NCBI RefSeq assembly: GCF_006345805.1
Contig: NC_043005.1
Span: 27,776,001 to 27,840,000 of the forward strand
Source: Octopus sinensis
Lineage: Eukaryota
DNA length: 64,000 nucleotides
Reading direction: 5' to 3'
Part shown: piece by piece, positions 13,665-26,245 of the stretch
Layout of the letters: each line of letters begins with the position of its first letter
How positions within the stretch are numbered: the first letter of the stretch is position 1
The notes under the pieces: generated by a model
The model's database searches: none
The model's input: only the letters and a program-made list of their open reading frames with translations
What the model was told of the DNA's origin: nothing
Made by a program: the position numbers and the translations under genes

Positions 13665-14050
13665 TATTATTGTATTTGGGGATGGACATGTTGCCAGTTT
13701 ATCCAATAAAAACACACGCACTATATATTTGGTGTTCTGGTGTTCATTTGCTTCTGTTTTATTTTATATTATTCGTATTTCAGCCAGAGTTCTTTCATCA
13801 CACTTCTGTGACCTCATCAGTGGTCCATTGCAAAAAAGAAAGAAGAAAGCAAAGGACCACTGATGAGGTCAGAGAAGTGTGGTGAAAGAACTCTGACAGA
13901 AATATGATTAATATAAAATAAAGCTGAAGCAAGTGAACACCAAATATATAGTGTGTGTTTTTATTGGCTAAACTGGCAACATGACCATTTCCAAATACAA
14001 CAATATCTGTTTCAACACACAAATTCACATCAAGAATCTTGAAAAACGAA
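13665..14050. mobile_element. Inverted-repeat Penelope-like remnant with hammerheads
   Basis: Arms about 13665-13831 and 13849-14005, then a unique tail. Confidence 0.65.
13782..13825 (-). ncRNA. Minimal hammerhead motif (diverged plus copy at about 13855-13897)
   Basis: cca-CTGATGA-g gtcac agaagt gtgat-GAAA-gaac-TC-tgg. Confidence 0.65.
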
Positions 14051-14189
14051 TATATAAACATAATAATTTAGCTCTTTTGTGTAAAAAAAAAAAATGGAAA
14101 AAAGCTTAGCTGTCACTCACAGGCAAGAGTGACATGGTAGCTAATAGAATACTTTCACTGTTAGAGGAACTACATTTCTGAAATTCATC

Positions 14190-14495
14190 AGAAAGGCTGA
14201 ATGTGTCTTAGCGTCACTTAGTAAGACCTTTGTCAGCCTCTCGACAGCTAACTATTTGAAGCTGTTATGTACCATATGGCAATGGTACATTCATACTTAC
14301 AGTTAGCATCTCCAGCCTGGAACTATATCTTGTCCAGAATGTCAATCCACTGGAAGTTGTCTATGGATGTGCAACCAGACAAATAGGGGTGCACACCATA
14401 CTTTGAACATATTGCTTGTCTGGGTATCAACATTAAATTTTCATAGCCTAGTGGCTGACTTAGTAGAAGCTTACGATATTATTTACCATCTTTCT
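14190..14495 (+). mobile_element. Degenerate CR1 fragment
   Basis: Homologous to 24785-25090. Confidence 0.7.
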
Positions 14496-14962
14496 ATTGA
14501 GAGAGGGAGAGAGAGAGAGACAGATAGACAGACAGACAGGCAAACACACAGACAGACATACAGACAGACAAAGACAGAGTGGGACAGACAGAGAAAGATA
14601 CATAGATTTCTTTTCAGTTTGTAGATGGTCAACTTTCACAAGAGAACGTGTATGGTTGATCGAATCAATACCGTAAAAATCACAAAATTCTTTAGTCTAC
14701 AAGCATATTTTACTGTTTTATATCTGCATTATATAATTTGATCAGTGGATCTATGGTACCTGTTGATAGACAGGTGAACTAAGCCACTAAATGTAACAAC
14801 TTTAGCCATAAACAACACAGTACAGAGTTTTTCAAGGAAATTCAATTGTTGTGGCTTTAATTATCTGTCCGCCATTCTAAGAACTCGAGTTATTTGTGGT
14901 CAATTGTGAAAAAATATGAAAACAACAAATAAAATGATAAATGTATTTTATTGGTGACTTAC

Positions 14963-15154
14963 GTCCTTGACATAAGTTTCAATTTGGAATTCTTGATAAG
15001 AATTCACTCGGCTGGTAATTTGTAACCTGGCCAAACTATCTGGTTTGCCATGAGAGACATCATGTAACCATCTGTATGTGGCGACACTCTTACTCAATGG
15101 TAATGGCTGCAACATTTCCCAAATAATTTGTTCCCAGGACTTGGTGAGATTTGC
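14963..15154 (-). CDS. Vtg: Vtg-like exon (ANLTKSWEQIIWE...ETYVKD), DUF1944-like region
   Basis: ttttcag/gtaagt; 192 nt, phase 0->0. Confidence 0.88.
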
Positions 15155-15349
15155 CTGAAAAAAAAGTTGCATAAGGTTTAGCAGGAATGTCTTGAAATTG
15201 TCAGATGTTTTTTTTTTCTTGGTAACACATGCTTCCGCACTCATTTAGAATTGGAAAATAAGAATAAAAACAATTGTTGTTGTTGATGTTATCATTATTA
15301 CTATTATTGTTATTGTTATAATTATGACAACTATCACAAATGTTGTAGC

Positions 15350-15442
<93 letters not shown>

Positions 15443-15655
15443 GGTGGTGAGCTGGCAGAATTGTTAGCATACAAGACAAAATGCTTAGTGGTATTTTGCC
15501 CATCACTCCATTCTGAGTTCAAATTCTGCCAAGGTCAGCTTTGCCTTTCATCCTTTCGGGGTCAATAAACTAAGTACCAGTTGTGTACTGGGGATTGATG
15601 TAGTCGACTATCCCCTCCCCCAAATTTCAGGCCTTATGCTTTTAATAGAAAGGAT
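15443..15655 (+). mobile_element. tRNA-derived SINE family B (other copies approx 9210-9385, 10270-10490, 11285-11500, 17500-17662, 17885-18785, 27925-28140, 32200-32410, 54690-55177)
   Basis: ggtgagctggcagaa..gagttcaaattc..gtcgactttgcctttcatcctttcggggtcgataaa..agtaccag (resembles the Meta-domain SINE core). Confidence 0.8.
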
Positions 15656-15864
15656 TATTATTATTATTACTATTATTGTTATTGTTTATCATTATTATTA
15701 TTATTATTGTTGTTGTTGTTGTTGTTGTTATTTTTGCTTTTGCACAGCTTCTAATGCTGGAGATGTATTACGATGTCAGCTGTTCACTACTAGTTAAATA
15801 AGGTAACACCTCTTATTTTTCGAGCACCTTCCAGAGTCATCATCATAATCATCATCTTTAGTTT

Positions 15865-15896
<32 letters not shown>

Positions 15897-16118
15897 ATTA
15901 TTATTATTATTATCATTATTATTATTATTATTATTACTATTATTATTATTATTATTATTATTAAGGCAGTGAGCTGGCAGAATCATTGGTGTGTTGGATG
16001 AATTTCTTTGCAGCATTTCTCCTATAAGCAGTATCAATATAGACTGCCTGTGTATGTTGAATGGCAGTCAACTATATCATCATATTAGATATATAAAGAT
16101 TTTATTGTTGTATCAAAG

Positions 16119-16162
<44 letters not shown>

Positions 16163-16535
16163 CACATGCACATGCGCATCTACATACAGACACATGCATA
16201 CACATGGGTGCAGGCATAGTCATGTTGTTAAGTAGTTTGTCTTGTAAATATATGGGCTCTGTGTTCAATATCACTGAGCACCACTTTGGACTAGAAACTT
16301 CTACCATAGTCTTGGATTAACCAAGACCTTTTTAGTGGAATTAGACAAAATCTATGCAAACACTTATTCTATCTTGGCCTGGTTTAATGTCATCAACTGA
16401 CCACCCTTGGGTACCTTTCATAGAGTTCATTCTGTTGCTCATACTCAGACATGGTTTCTGATCTAAAGACAACTTGATATCTTAATGTACTAATACTTGC
16501 TGAAGCAAGCCATGAAATAGGACTTCAGTCTTTCT

Positions 16536-16891
16536 TTAACCATTTTGTTACTGTATTTATTTTGAGATGCTTTGTGTTTCTTTCAATTACTTTAAACATA
16601 ACAAAGAATTTAGTAAAGTAACTTAGTTGTCATTCAGCTAGTGTTAGAAACACAAATTGTGACTAAGGTTTGGTGGAAGATTTTAATTCAAAACTTATAA
16701 AAACAAGACATTTGTACTCAAAGCCAGAACCAGTTTCAGCTGGGATGGTAACGAAAGGGTTAAGCTAGTGTTAGGAACATAAATTGTGACTAAGATTTGG
16801 TGGAAGATTTTAATTCAAAACTTATGGAAACAAGACATTTGTAACACAGAGCCAGAGGTAGTTTCAGCCGGGTTGGTCACAAAAGGGTTAA
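16536..16891. mobile_element. piggyBac-like MITE with duplicated 3' half (related copy at about 63829-64000)
   Basis: ttaaccattttgttac...gtaacgaaagggttaa, followed by a repeat ending ggtcacaaaagggttaa. Confidence 0.65.
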
Positions 16892-17884
16892 TCCAGTCTA
16901 AGTTCTACAAAAGTGCCTTGGGGCTGCTTTTCACCCCTCTCATTAAGCTATAAAATGCAAAATACTCAAACATATATGTGTGTATACATGCCCATATAAC
17001 ATGATCCAGGTATACATAAACCCATATATACACATATATGCACACATTTACATTTACACATATATCCATTAAGCAAAACATCGACCACTAAAAGGTGAGG
17101 CTTAAGAGGATGAAGTATCTGTCTTCAGGTGAAATACATTGACATAGCTTATTTATAGCAAGGTGTATTGTACTTCATTAGGGTTTCTTTTTTTCAGCCA
17201 GGTAAACTGAGCTAATGACTCTCAAATTAGTGCCAAAGAATTGTCTTTTAGACGAGCTACTGAGGGTTATTTTCTTCAATTTATAGACAACACTCGATCA
17301 ATTCACCTAGTTGTGTCAATTTCTATCTAAATATTGTTCTTGTGATAGGTGAAGTTGTACAGACCTATCCAACCCACACACAGAGTACAGTTAAATGCTG
17401 TCAACACAGACCTAGTCAAGAGAATAGGTTGCCTTCCATTGATGCAATCACCTTCAGAGTGTCGCTGAGAAAGAAATCATTTCTTGAAAAGATTACATTA
17501 TTTAGATCGACCCAGTACACAACTGGTACTTAATTTATCGACCCCGAAAGGATGAAATGCAAAATCGACCTTGGCAGAATTTGAACTCAGAATGTAGCGA
17601 GAGGTGAAATACTGCTAAGCATTTCATCCAGTGAGCTAACGATTCTGCCAACATGTCGCCTTCGATATTACAGGAATAATACTAACTTTGTTTACATTCA
17701 TTTTGAAGGATATTGGTAGACTGGCAGAATCAGAAAAGCATCAGAAGAAAATACCCTGTGGTATTTCTTGTGACTCTTTATGTTCTGTGTTCAAATCATA
17801 CCAGGATCAAATTTACCACCCTAATGTAAGGGAGAAAACTCCTATCATTCATTTCAGTACTATAAGACAATTTAAAAAATGTCT

Positions 17885-18700
17885 TTATTGCCCACAGGAG
17901 GCTAAACATAGAGGGGACAAACAAAGACAGATAAACGGATTAAGTCGATTACATCGATTCCAGTGCGTAACTGGTACTTATTTAATCGACCCCGAAAAGA
18001 TGAAAGGCAAAGTCTACCTCGGCGGAATTTGAACTCAGAACGTAATGGCAGACAAGTATATAAATATTTTTTCTACTCTAGGCACAAGGCCCGAAATTTT
18101 CGGGGTGGGGACCAGTCGATTAGATCAACCCCAGTTGCGTACTGGGGTTTATCTAATCCCCGAAAGGATGAAAGGCAAAATCGACCTTGGCGGAATTTGA
18201 ACTCAGAACGTAAAGACAGACGAAATACCTATTTCTTTACTGCCCACAAGGGGCTACACACAGAGGGGACAAACAAAGACAGATAAACGGATTAAGTCGA
18301 TTACATCGATTCCAGTGCGTAACTGGTACTTATTTAATCGACCCCGAAAAGATGAAAGGCAAAGTCTACCTCGGCGGAATTTGAACTCAGAACGTAATGG
18401 CAGACAAGTATATAAATATTCTTTTCTACTCTAGGCACAAGGCCCGAAATTTTCGGGGTGGGGACCAGTCGATTAGATCAACCCCAGTTGCGTACTGGGG
18501 TTTATCTAATCCCCGAAAGGATGAAAGGCAAAATCGACCTTGGCGGAATTTGAACTCAGAACGTAAAGACAGACGAAATACCTATTTCTTTACTGCCCAC
18601 AAGGGGCTACACACAGAGGGGACAAACAAGGACAGACAGACGGATTGAGTCGATTATATCGACCCCAGTGCGTAACTGGTACTTATTTAATCGAGCCCGA
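17885..18700. repeat. 352/353-bp tandem array of composite SINE units
   Basis: gaggggacaaacaa recurs at 17911, 18263 and 18616. Confidence 0.9.
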
Positions 18701-19018
18701 AATTTGAACTCAGAACGTAGCAGCAGACCAAATACCGCTAAGCATTTCGCCCGGCATGCTAACGTTTCTGCCAGCTTGCCGCCTTTTAGTACTATGAGAC
18801 AACCATCACAAGATAGGTTTCTGATTTAGCCGCTTAAGAGTTATCTTTCTTGCCATATTATGCTTTACAACAATAAAGAAGACTATTCTGCTTTGACTTA
18901 GAATAATTGTCCTTAGTTTATCCATTTCCCTATCCTATGAAAAGGAGGGGGATGGTTACAATTTGATGACAGTAATTGAAAAAATACACATAATATTTTT
19001 TTTAAATGTTGTACTTAC

Positions 19019-19999
19019 AATGACATTCACAGTTAATTGTTGTGTTGGCCATGTGATGCTGCCTTGGATTTGAACCTTTTGACCAATGGGGCATTCTGAT
19101 TCTGATTCTGAAGCAGGACCTTTCAGTGCAATAATTTTAGCCATTTTAGGTACTCTGTCACAATAGGAATCCAATTTCTGCTGAATTTTGATAATTTTAT
19201 TTAGATTCTGGTTTTCTACATCATTGTATACAATTTTAAATACAACCTTGGCAGCATTTTTGACACGAATGTATGCATGGTATTGAATAGCAAGAATGTC
19301 AAAGATGGTGACGTAAGCAAGTGGATCTTGCAGGGAGCTAACATCTATTTTTTGAAGAATGTTCAAGACTTTTTCACTAGCAGCAATCACTCTTCTTGAT
19401 TCAGTAACAACAGAATCGATATTGACGATATCAACAAGGGTAAGCTTCATATGCATCTCAATGTTCTGCATACCATAAAATGTTTCCAAGGTTCTGTTAG
19501 CAAGATCAGAAATTTTAGCTTGGAGTGTTGCATTTTGAATGTACCTTGTTCCATTCCCTAATTTCTCTAAGTACAATGTTGTAAAGTACAGTCTGAAGGT
19601 CTTACTTCTGCTGGTACGAACATCTTGAGAGGAGGTTCCATGAGGGGTTGTTGATTCAAGAGATAGACGCTGATGTCGGCTACATTTTGAAGAACAACAA
19701 TACTCTGACTTCTGATCCAGAGGTAGGGGTTTACTTTATTGCCAAGACTTCTTAATTGGATCAATTGTGTAATTTCAGTCATCTTTTTTATCAAGACTTT
19801 GTACAAAGATTCAACCTGGTCAACATTGGTAGCATCGGTCATGATTCTAAAGCTTGATTCCATGTAATCAGTAGTTTCTTGGACTAGATTCTGCAAGTCA
19901 GCAGAGACAGCTTCTGATGCCTTTTGGATGACACTGCTGTAACGCTTACTGTTGTCCTGCCATACTGGAATGGTTTCAGTAACAAATTTGGAATAATCC
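19019..19999 (-). CDS. Vtg: Vtg-like large exon (DYSKFVTET...TVNVI) containing an apparent 1-nt frameshift near 19570-19610
   Basis: taacag/gtaagt; two overlapping ORFs (19567-20163 and 18956-19576); 981 nt where the flanking phases require 982. Confidence 0.82.
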
Positions 20000-20070
20000 C
20001 TGTTAAAATGAGAGCAAAATATATATATACAATATACATAAATACATACATACATTAATTTATACACACA

Positions 20071-20146
<76 letters not shown>

Positions 20147-20306
20147 CACATACACACATACACACACTCACATATAATTAATATATAATATATATATATA
20201 AACTAATTAGACATGTTGGAATAATTAGTAAGAATAATAAAATACAAATAATAATGGTTGGCACTAAAAGAGTATCTCCAAGATAGAATAAAGCAATATT
20301 ACTCAC

Positions 20307-20887
20307 TGCAGAGTTTGATCCAAAAGGTCTTGAGTTCTGTTAACTTTCATGGAAATGTGGAACAATAAACCAGCATATTTCTGTAACACCCAGTTAACGA
20401 CCACTTCTCTTCTCATCAGTAACTCTATTAAGAGACCTTCCTGAACAGGTTCTTTCAGTAGTTGTTCAATTGCAGTTTTCGTTTTCCTCAATTCTTGCAA
20501 GATTAAAACGACAGCCTGTTTTTGTTCATCAGAACAATTAGGAGTGATGGTCACCTTCAATTGCTTGACTTTCTCTGACAAAATATTCACTGATTTAACC
20601 AATTCATAAAGTGATGGCCATTGGAGTGTGTCTTCAAAGTTATATGTTAGCATGATTTCACTAAACATATTGTCGTAGTTCAGCGACATCTCTTCATTTG
20701 AAACTGCCCAGCCAATGATATCTAGGAGTCTTCCATAGGAGCGAGGATATTTCGTTTGATTGCAAGTGAACTGACTGAACAGAGAAGTCCAGGGTTTCTG
20801 TGCAAGTTGGCCAACTAAGTAATTCTTGTTCAAAATACATTCTGGTTCAATTTTTGATGGAACCTCAATTTCAAACTTGGCATCCGA
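20307..20887 (-). CDS. Vtg: Vtg-like large exon (SDAKFEIEVP...LLDQTL)
   Basis: tttccag/gtgagt; 581 nt open frame, phase 0->2. Confidence 0.9.
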
Positions 20888-21214
20888 CTGGAAATAGACA
20901 GAAGTGAATATTTCAGTCAAATATCCTTTTATTATTTGATTGCATAACAGAATCTTTCATGTAACAAACAAAATCAGATGGCAACTTTAAGAGAACTAGA
21001 AGAATTTCATAAAATAACATGCTATTGATAATACCCAAACGGACAGGAGGTACAGAAGTGGGTGTGTGGTAAGTAGCTTGCCTACCAACCACATGGTTCC
21101 GGGTTCAGCCCCACTGTGTGGCACCTTGGGCAAGTGACTTCTGCTATAGCTTCGGGCCGACCAAAGCCTTGGGAGTGGATTGGTAGACAGAAGCCCATTA
21201 TATATATATATATA

Positions 21215-21262
<48 letters not shown>

Positions 21263-21479
21263 GGCTGCCCTCTTGTTATTGAGTATGGCCATTGCACGAA
21301 GCTTAACTGTTACTGGTGCTGTGATCGAATGTGACTTTTTAGCCCAGACAAAGATCTACAATGTTTTGTACAAAACTGCAAAGGTAGCATACAGAAAATG
21401 CCAAAAGTAAACAAGGGAAAACAAAAAATGGTAAACAATAAACAGAAACTAAAATGTAAAAATAAAAAGTAAAATGGTA

Positions 21480-21905
21480 GAAGAGTTATCTTCCTTAGAC
21501 CTTAGATGGTAAGGCTGGAAAGATATCAAGTCAGTTGGGAATAGGCAGAATTTTCCAATTCCTCGGAACATATTTATACATATGCATGCAACCACTGAAA
21601 TTTCTCACCTGGAATTCAATAGAGAGTTAGGAATCTTAGATCTGAACAGGATCTGTGCTCTTTCAGTCAAACGAGTCTACATTAATTCGATCCATTCACA
21701 TAAGGTGTGGATTTCTCAATTACTTTCCATTAAATCACATGTGGTGTTTCGTTATCTTTCAAAGTCCATATGTAGCTAGCCAAATTAGTAGCTTTACTTT
21801 TGTCCCTATGTTGGAAAGAGGCTATGTGACTAGCACAGCGATTTTTTAATTCTCCTTCACAAAATCCAATATAGGTCTTCTTATCAGTTGTATTATTATT
21901 CAGGG
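21480..21905 (-). mobile_element. Penelope-like element GIY-YIG endonuclease 3' remnant
   Basis: TYIGFCEGELKNR..SH..SF...ATNLASYIWTLKD...W..I...PY, typical PLE C-terminal GIY-YIG. Confidence 0.8.
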
Positions 21906-22163
21906 TTGCAGAAACTTCTACTAAATCCACTCACAAGGCTTAGCTCAGCCCAAGGCTATAGTAGAAGACACTTACCCAAGGTGCCACACAGTGGGACTGA
22001 ACATGGAATCATGAGGATGGGAAGCAAACCTCTTGCCACACAGCCATGCTTACACCTATGCATGTGTGTGTGTGTGTGTGTTTGTGTGTGTGTTTGTGTC
22101 TGTGCGTGTGTGCGTGTGTGCGCATGTGTGTGTGTGTGTGTCTGTGTGTGTGTCTGTGTCTCT

Positions 22164-22209
<46 letters not shown>

Positions 22210-22224
22210 CTGATAGAAAATTAT

Positions 22225-22523
22225 CAGAACTGGTATTATAAAAAGAAAACTGCTGTACATATCAATTCAGCCTTTAATCCCTTTTGAGATAATCCTCTTC
22301 TGAATCCACACACTTTATCCAGTGCCATTTCCATTGATGGAAGCATTCCTGGAATGCCATTTTTTGAGATAGTGAGTTGCTGCCTCATCCCTTCCTCTTG
22401 GATTTCCTTGATGTCTTGAAATCACGTTCCTTTCAAGTTGGTTATGATTTATGGACAAATTCTTGGACACAGTGACCTTCAAGGTGTGTCTTTTTCCATG
22501 CATGCACACACTAACACCTCACA

Positions 22524-22568
<45 letters not shown>

Positions 22569-22792
22569 TTTCTCTGCCCTAGTCACTGATGGAACCTTTG
22601 TGGTGTGGTGAGATAACTACACCCTACACGCTCTACTTCCAAGCACCGCTATACACAATCAGTGTGTGCAAGAATGTTATAACTTCATGTGCATGCACAG
22701 CACAATTCATGGTCAATCTGTGCCAAGAGGGTTTTCTCTATGTAATTAGCTCCATTACCAATAGTCCCGATAATTGTTGATCAAACCTTACA
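22225..22792 (-). mobile_element. Mariner remnant
   Basis: FQDIKEIQ and WKWHWIKCVDSEEDYL transposase C-terminus. Confidence 0.6.
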
Positions 22793-23135
22793 CATATACA
22801 TGCATATATATGTCATCATCATCATCATGCCCATCATCATCATTATTTAATGTGTGTTGCCCATGCTGGCATGGGTTGGACAGTTTGACCAGGGCTGGTA
22901 AGCTGAAGGGCTGCACCAGAATCCTGTCTGATTTGGCATGGTTTCTATGGCTGGCTGCCTCTCCTAATGCCAACCACTCTGAGAGTGTAATGAGTGCTTT
23001 TACATGCCACCGGCATGGGTGCCAGTTGTGAGACATCAGTATCCGACATGACTACGATTTCACTTGGCTTGATGGGTCTTCTCAAGCAAGGCATATTGCC
23101 AAAGGTCTTGGTCATCAATCATTGCCTCCTTGAGG

Positions 23136-23173
<38 letters not shown>

Positions 23174-23597
23174 TGGCACAGGAGTGGCTGTGTTGTAAGT
23201 AGCTTGCTAACCAACCACGTGGTTCCGGGTTCAGTCCCACTGCGTGGCATCTTGGGCAAGTGTCTTCTGCTATAGCCCCGGGCCGACCAATGCCTTGTGA
23301 GTGGATTTGGTAGACGGAAACTGAAAGAAGCCTGTCGAATATATGTATATATATGTATATGTATATGTATGTGTGTGTGTGTGTGTGTGTGTGTTTGTGT
23401 GTCTGTGTTTGTCCCTCTAGCATTGCTTGACAACCGAAGCTGGTGTGTTTACGTCCCCGTCACTTAGCCATTCAGCAAAAGAAACCGATAGAATAAGTAC
23501 TGGGCTTACAAAGAATAAGTCCCGGGGTCGATTTGCTCGACTAAAGGCGGTGCTCCAGCATGGCCGCAGTCAAATGACTGAAACAAGTAAAAGAGAA
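23174..23597 (+). mobile_element. tRNA-derived SINE family A (other copies approx 1560-1952-, 21050-21197+, 21915-22058-, 28470-29487- split, 38423-38810+, 42728-43390+ split, 50015-50372-)
   Basis: A/B-box head tggctgtgtggtaag..ggttcagtccc, ccttgggcaag core, internal (TA)/(TG)n; multicopy in window. Confidence 0.85.
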
Positions 23598-23643
23598 TAT
23601 ATATATGTATGTATGTATGTATGTATATGTATATGTATATGTG

Positions 23644-23669
<26 letters not shown>

Positions 23670-23674
<5 letters not shown>

Positions 23675-23940
23675 GGTAGTTGTCTACTCCTTATGCAAAG
23701 TCTGACCACCTCTTGTACCTACACTTTAAAATCCATCATGGCATCTGATGTGGCTTTTTAAACCAGACAATGTTTTTGAAAAGACACCCACATAGATTGC
23801 ATATCCAATTTGGACCACCAAGAGCTGCAATAGAGTTCTGATCTTTGTGGATTAAAATGTCTTTTGAGGCTTCTGTTAGAATTGCAGACCTTATGCCATA
23901 CATGGCATTTAAAGGTGTGCACAGACATATAGGCAGAATA
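23670..23940 (-). mobile_element. LINE C-terminal C2H2 zinc-finger remnant
   Basis: FKCHV.HKVC..SLKRH and ICNLCG...GLKSHIRCH across frameshifts. Confidence 0.5.
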
Positions 23941-24320
23941 GTTAGTGAAGATATATATATATAAATTTAGATAGAGGTTAAAAAAAACCGCCTTAAGGGA
24001 TAGAAAATATCCAGTACATTACTGGTTTGTTACCTATGATTTTGTTGTGAATAGTAATATTCCTAAAATAATTATAAATATTTAAAATAAAATCCAGAAA
24101 ATGGAGAAGTAGCATTAATATAATTTATTAATTGCAAAAATTCAATAAAATATATTAATGCTACTTGTCCATTTTTCTTTATTTTACTGGAAAGTAATAT
24201 ATTTGTATTGCAAGATTTTTTCATTGAAAACTTTTTCACTGTTCTCATTCTGTTAACAGCTAAGCGTTCAGGTGAGTATGCTGACATTGATGTGGCAACA
24301 TTTGAAATATTGTCTAGGTA

Positions 24321-24393
24321 AATGCAGCTGATGAAGACTGATCAAATTTACGTTGGCAAACGTATTTGAAGAGTCAGAAACCAGTCCTGTATT
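24321..24393 (+). ncRNA. Type-I hammerhead ribozyme motif
   Basis: Stem I aatgcag/ctgtatt; CTGATGA 24328-34; stem II gact..tcaaat-tacgtt(ggca)aacgta-tttga..agtc; GAAA 24377-80; C-ca-G stem III; GUC cleavage site. Confidence 0.8.
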
Positions 24394-24767
24394 ATCCGAT
24401 TCTGGGTGTCCATTTATCTAATGATCTTCCTAGAGATAAGACAAATTTTTCATGTTTGTTGAAATCACAAGTCTTTGCCAGTATATATGCAGTGAAGCTT
24501 TGCTGTAACATTGTAAATGTATCCAACTGCTATTTCCAGTAAATATTGGTGCTTTGTTGTACTACTAATCTATATTTATATTTATACTTCTACCTTTTCG
24601 GTGCTTTATTTTACTGGAAAGTAATGCATTTGTATTGCAAGATTTTATATATGTGTGTGTGTGGTGTGTGTGTGTGTGTGGTGTGTGTGTGTGTGTGTGT
24701 GTGTGTATGCGTGTGTGTATAGATATGTGTGTGTGTGTGTGTATGTTTGTGTGTGTGTGTGTGTAAC

Positions 24768-25465
24768 ACATTGCTAAAATTGCCAAGAAGGCTGAGGGTG
24801 TCTTGGCATCACTTACCAAGTCCTTTGTGAGCCGCTCTCCGGCTATCTATCTGACGCTTTATATAGCTATGGTGCGGCCTCACTTGGAATTTGCATCACT
24901 GGTCTGAAATCCCTATCTTGCCCAGGATATTAATAATCTGGAAACCGTTCAGCGACGTGCAACCAAGAGAATACCCTCCATCAGGCATTTGTCATATTCT
25001 GAATGCCTTACTTCCCTGGGCATGGATACATTGACACTCTGATGTCTGGCAGCTGACTTGGCAGACACCCATAAAATTATTAACCATCTTACTAACAATA
25101 ACTCTAAGCACTTTTTCAAACTCCACTTGTCTAACACTCGTAGACATGTTTACAAAGTCAGAAAACAGCACAGCTCCTATGACTTTCAGAAACATGTTTT
25201 CACGCTAAGAGTTGCTGAAGTATGGAACAAACTGCCAGCATCAGTTGTTAGTTGTCGGAGTACTGCCTCCTTCAAAACTTCCATGCTTCCTGAGATTCGC
25301 CAACACTACACCTGATTTTCTCCCCTCCATACACACGCAAGCATGTATCTGACTCATACACTGTTCACTTCCCAGATATTTGTACATTACTGCATATGCA
25401 TTATATGCACTTTTGACAAGTTGTGGTGCACCTGAGCACTGTATACAATAATTTCATTATTATTT
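24768..25465 (+). mobile_element. CR1-clade LINE 3' fragment
   Basis: MVRPHLEFAS..NPYL...LETVQRRATK; FTLRVAEVWNKLP. Confidence 0.88.
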
Positions 25466-25483
25466 TATATATATATATATATA

Positions 25484-25719
25484 CCAGAATAAGCACATAA
25501 ATGTGAAACAAGGTGGAAAAAAAAGAGTACTCAAATACCAGAGGTAGAGTAATATGCTTTAATAAAAACGAACAAAAATATCACAAAAACTGTTACTCAG
25601 AGTTTCACATTCCCATTCGCCGGACAGTTTTGTTTAACATTCTAAACAAAACTGTCCGACAAGCGGGAACATGAAGCTCTGAGTAACAGTTTTTGTGATA
25701 TTTTTGCCGCTTTTTAAAA
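25484..25719. mobile_element. Short inverted-repeat element with compact degenerate hammerhead
   Basis: Arms about 25573-25636 and 25643-25706; arm consensus actgt-CCGACGA-acg ggaa cgt-GAAA-ctc t gag-TA-acagt. Confidence 0.6.
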
Positions 25720-25784
25720 TATGTGTGTGTGTGTGTGTGTGTGTGTGTACTCTCCATACCTACCTTATCATCATCATCCACCTC

Positions 25785-25816
<32 letters not shown>

Positions 25817-25891
25817 TATTGCTGCTACTCTGATTATTATAACTATAATAAATGAATTTAGACTTTTTAAAAAAATTTTAATACTACTTAC

Positions 25892-26245
25892 AATTCCAAC
25901 ATCTGTTGAAGGAACTAAGGAAACATTGGAAATAATTCTGACGATCAAATTCTTTTCTTTAGACAAATGGATCAAGACTTTTGACACTTCCAATCCTCTG
26001 CTAACTGAGATGTTCAAGGTTTTGGAGAGGCGTTGTTCACCTAATTTCTTGGCTTTTACATAATCTGGTATTCTTTGCATGTCAATGATTAAATCTTCAT
26101 CGCTTCCTTTCTTTAAACGCATATCTACCATCAGATATTGTTCCCTGAAGAGAGTGGTCCATGGTTTCACAATGGATTCAGCTTCAACGTATCCAGTTGT
26201 TTCCAGAAGAATTTCTGGTCTCTTCAGACCAACAAGACTCTTGAT
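25892..26245 (-). CDS. Vtg: Vtg-like exon (IKSLVGLKRPE...PSTDVGI)
   Basis: acctag/gtaagt; 354 nt open frame, phase 0->0. Confidence 0.87.

Noticed and set aside
14121-14177. 57-nt phase 0-0 candidate exon (KCSSSNSESILLATMSLLP)
   Set aside because: Its acceptor region overlaps a CR1 fragment and it is not needed for continuity; unsupported without RNA data.
17307-17464. Possible Vtg exon (good acceptor, RHSEGDCING...) with an in-frame TAG that editing might recode
   Set aside because: It would end in phase 2 while the next exon needs phase 0, and the direct join TVNVI-ANLTKS is in frame.
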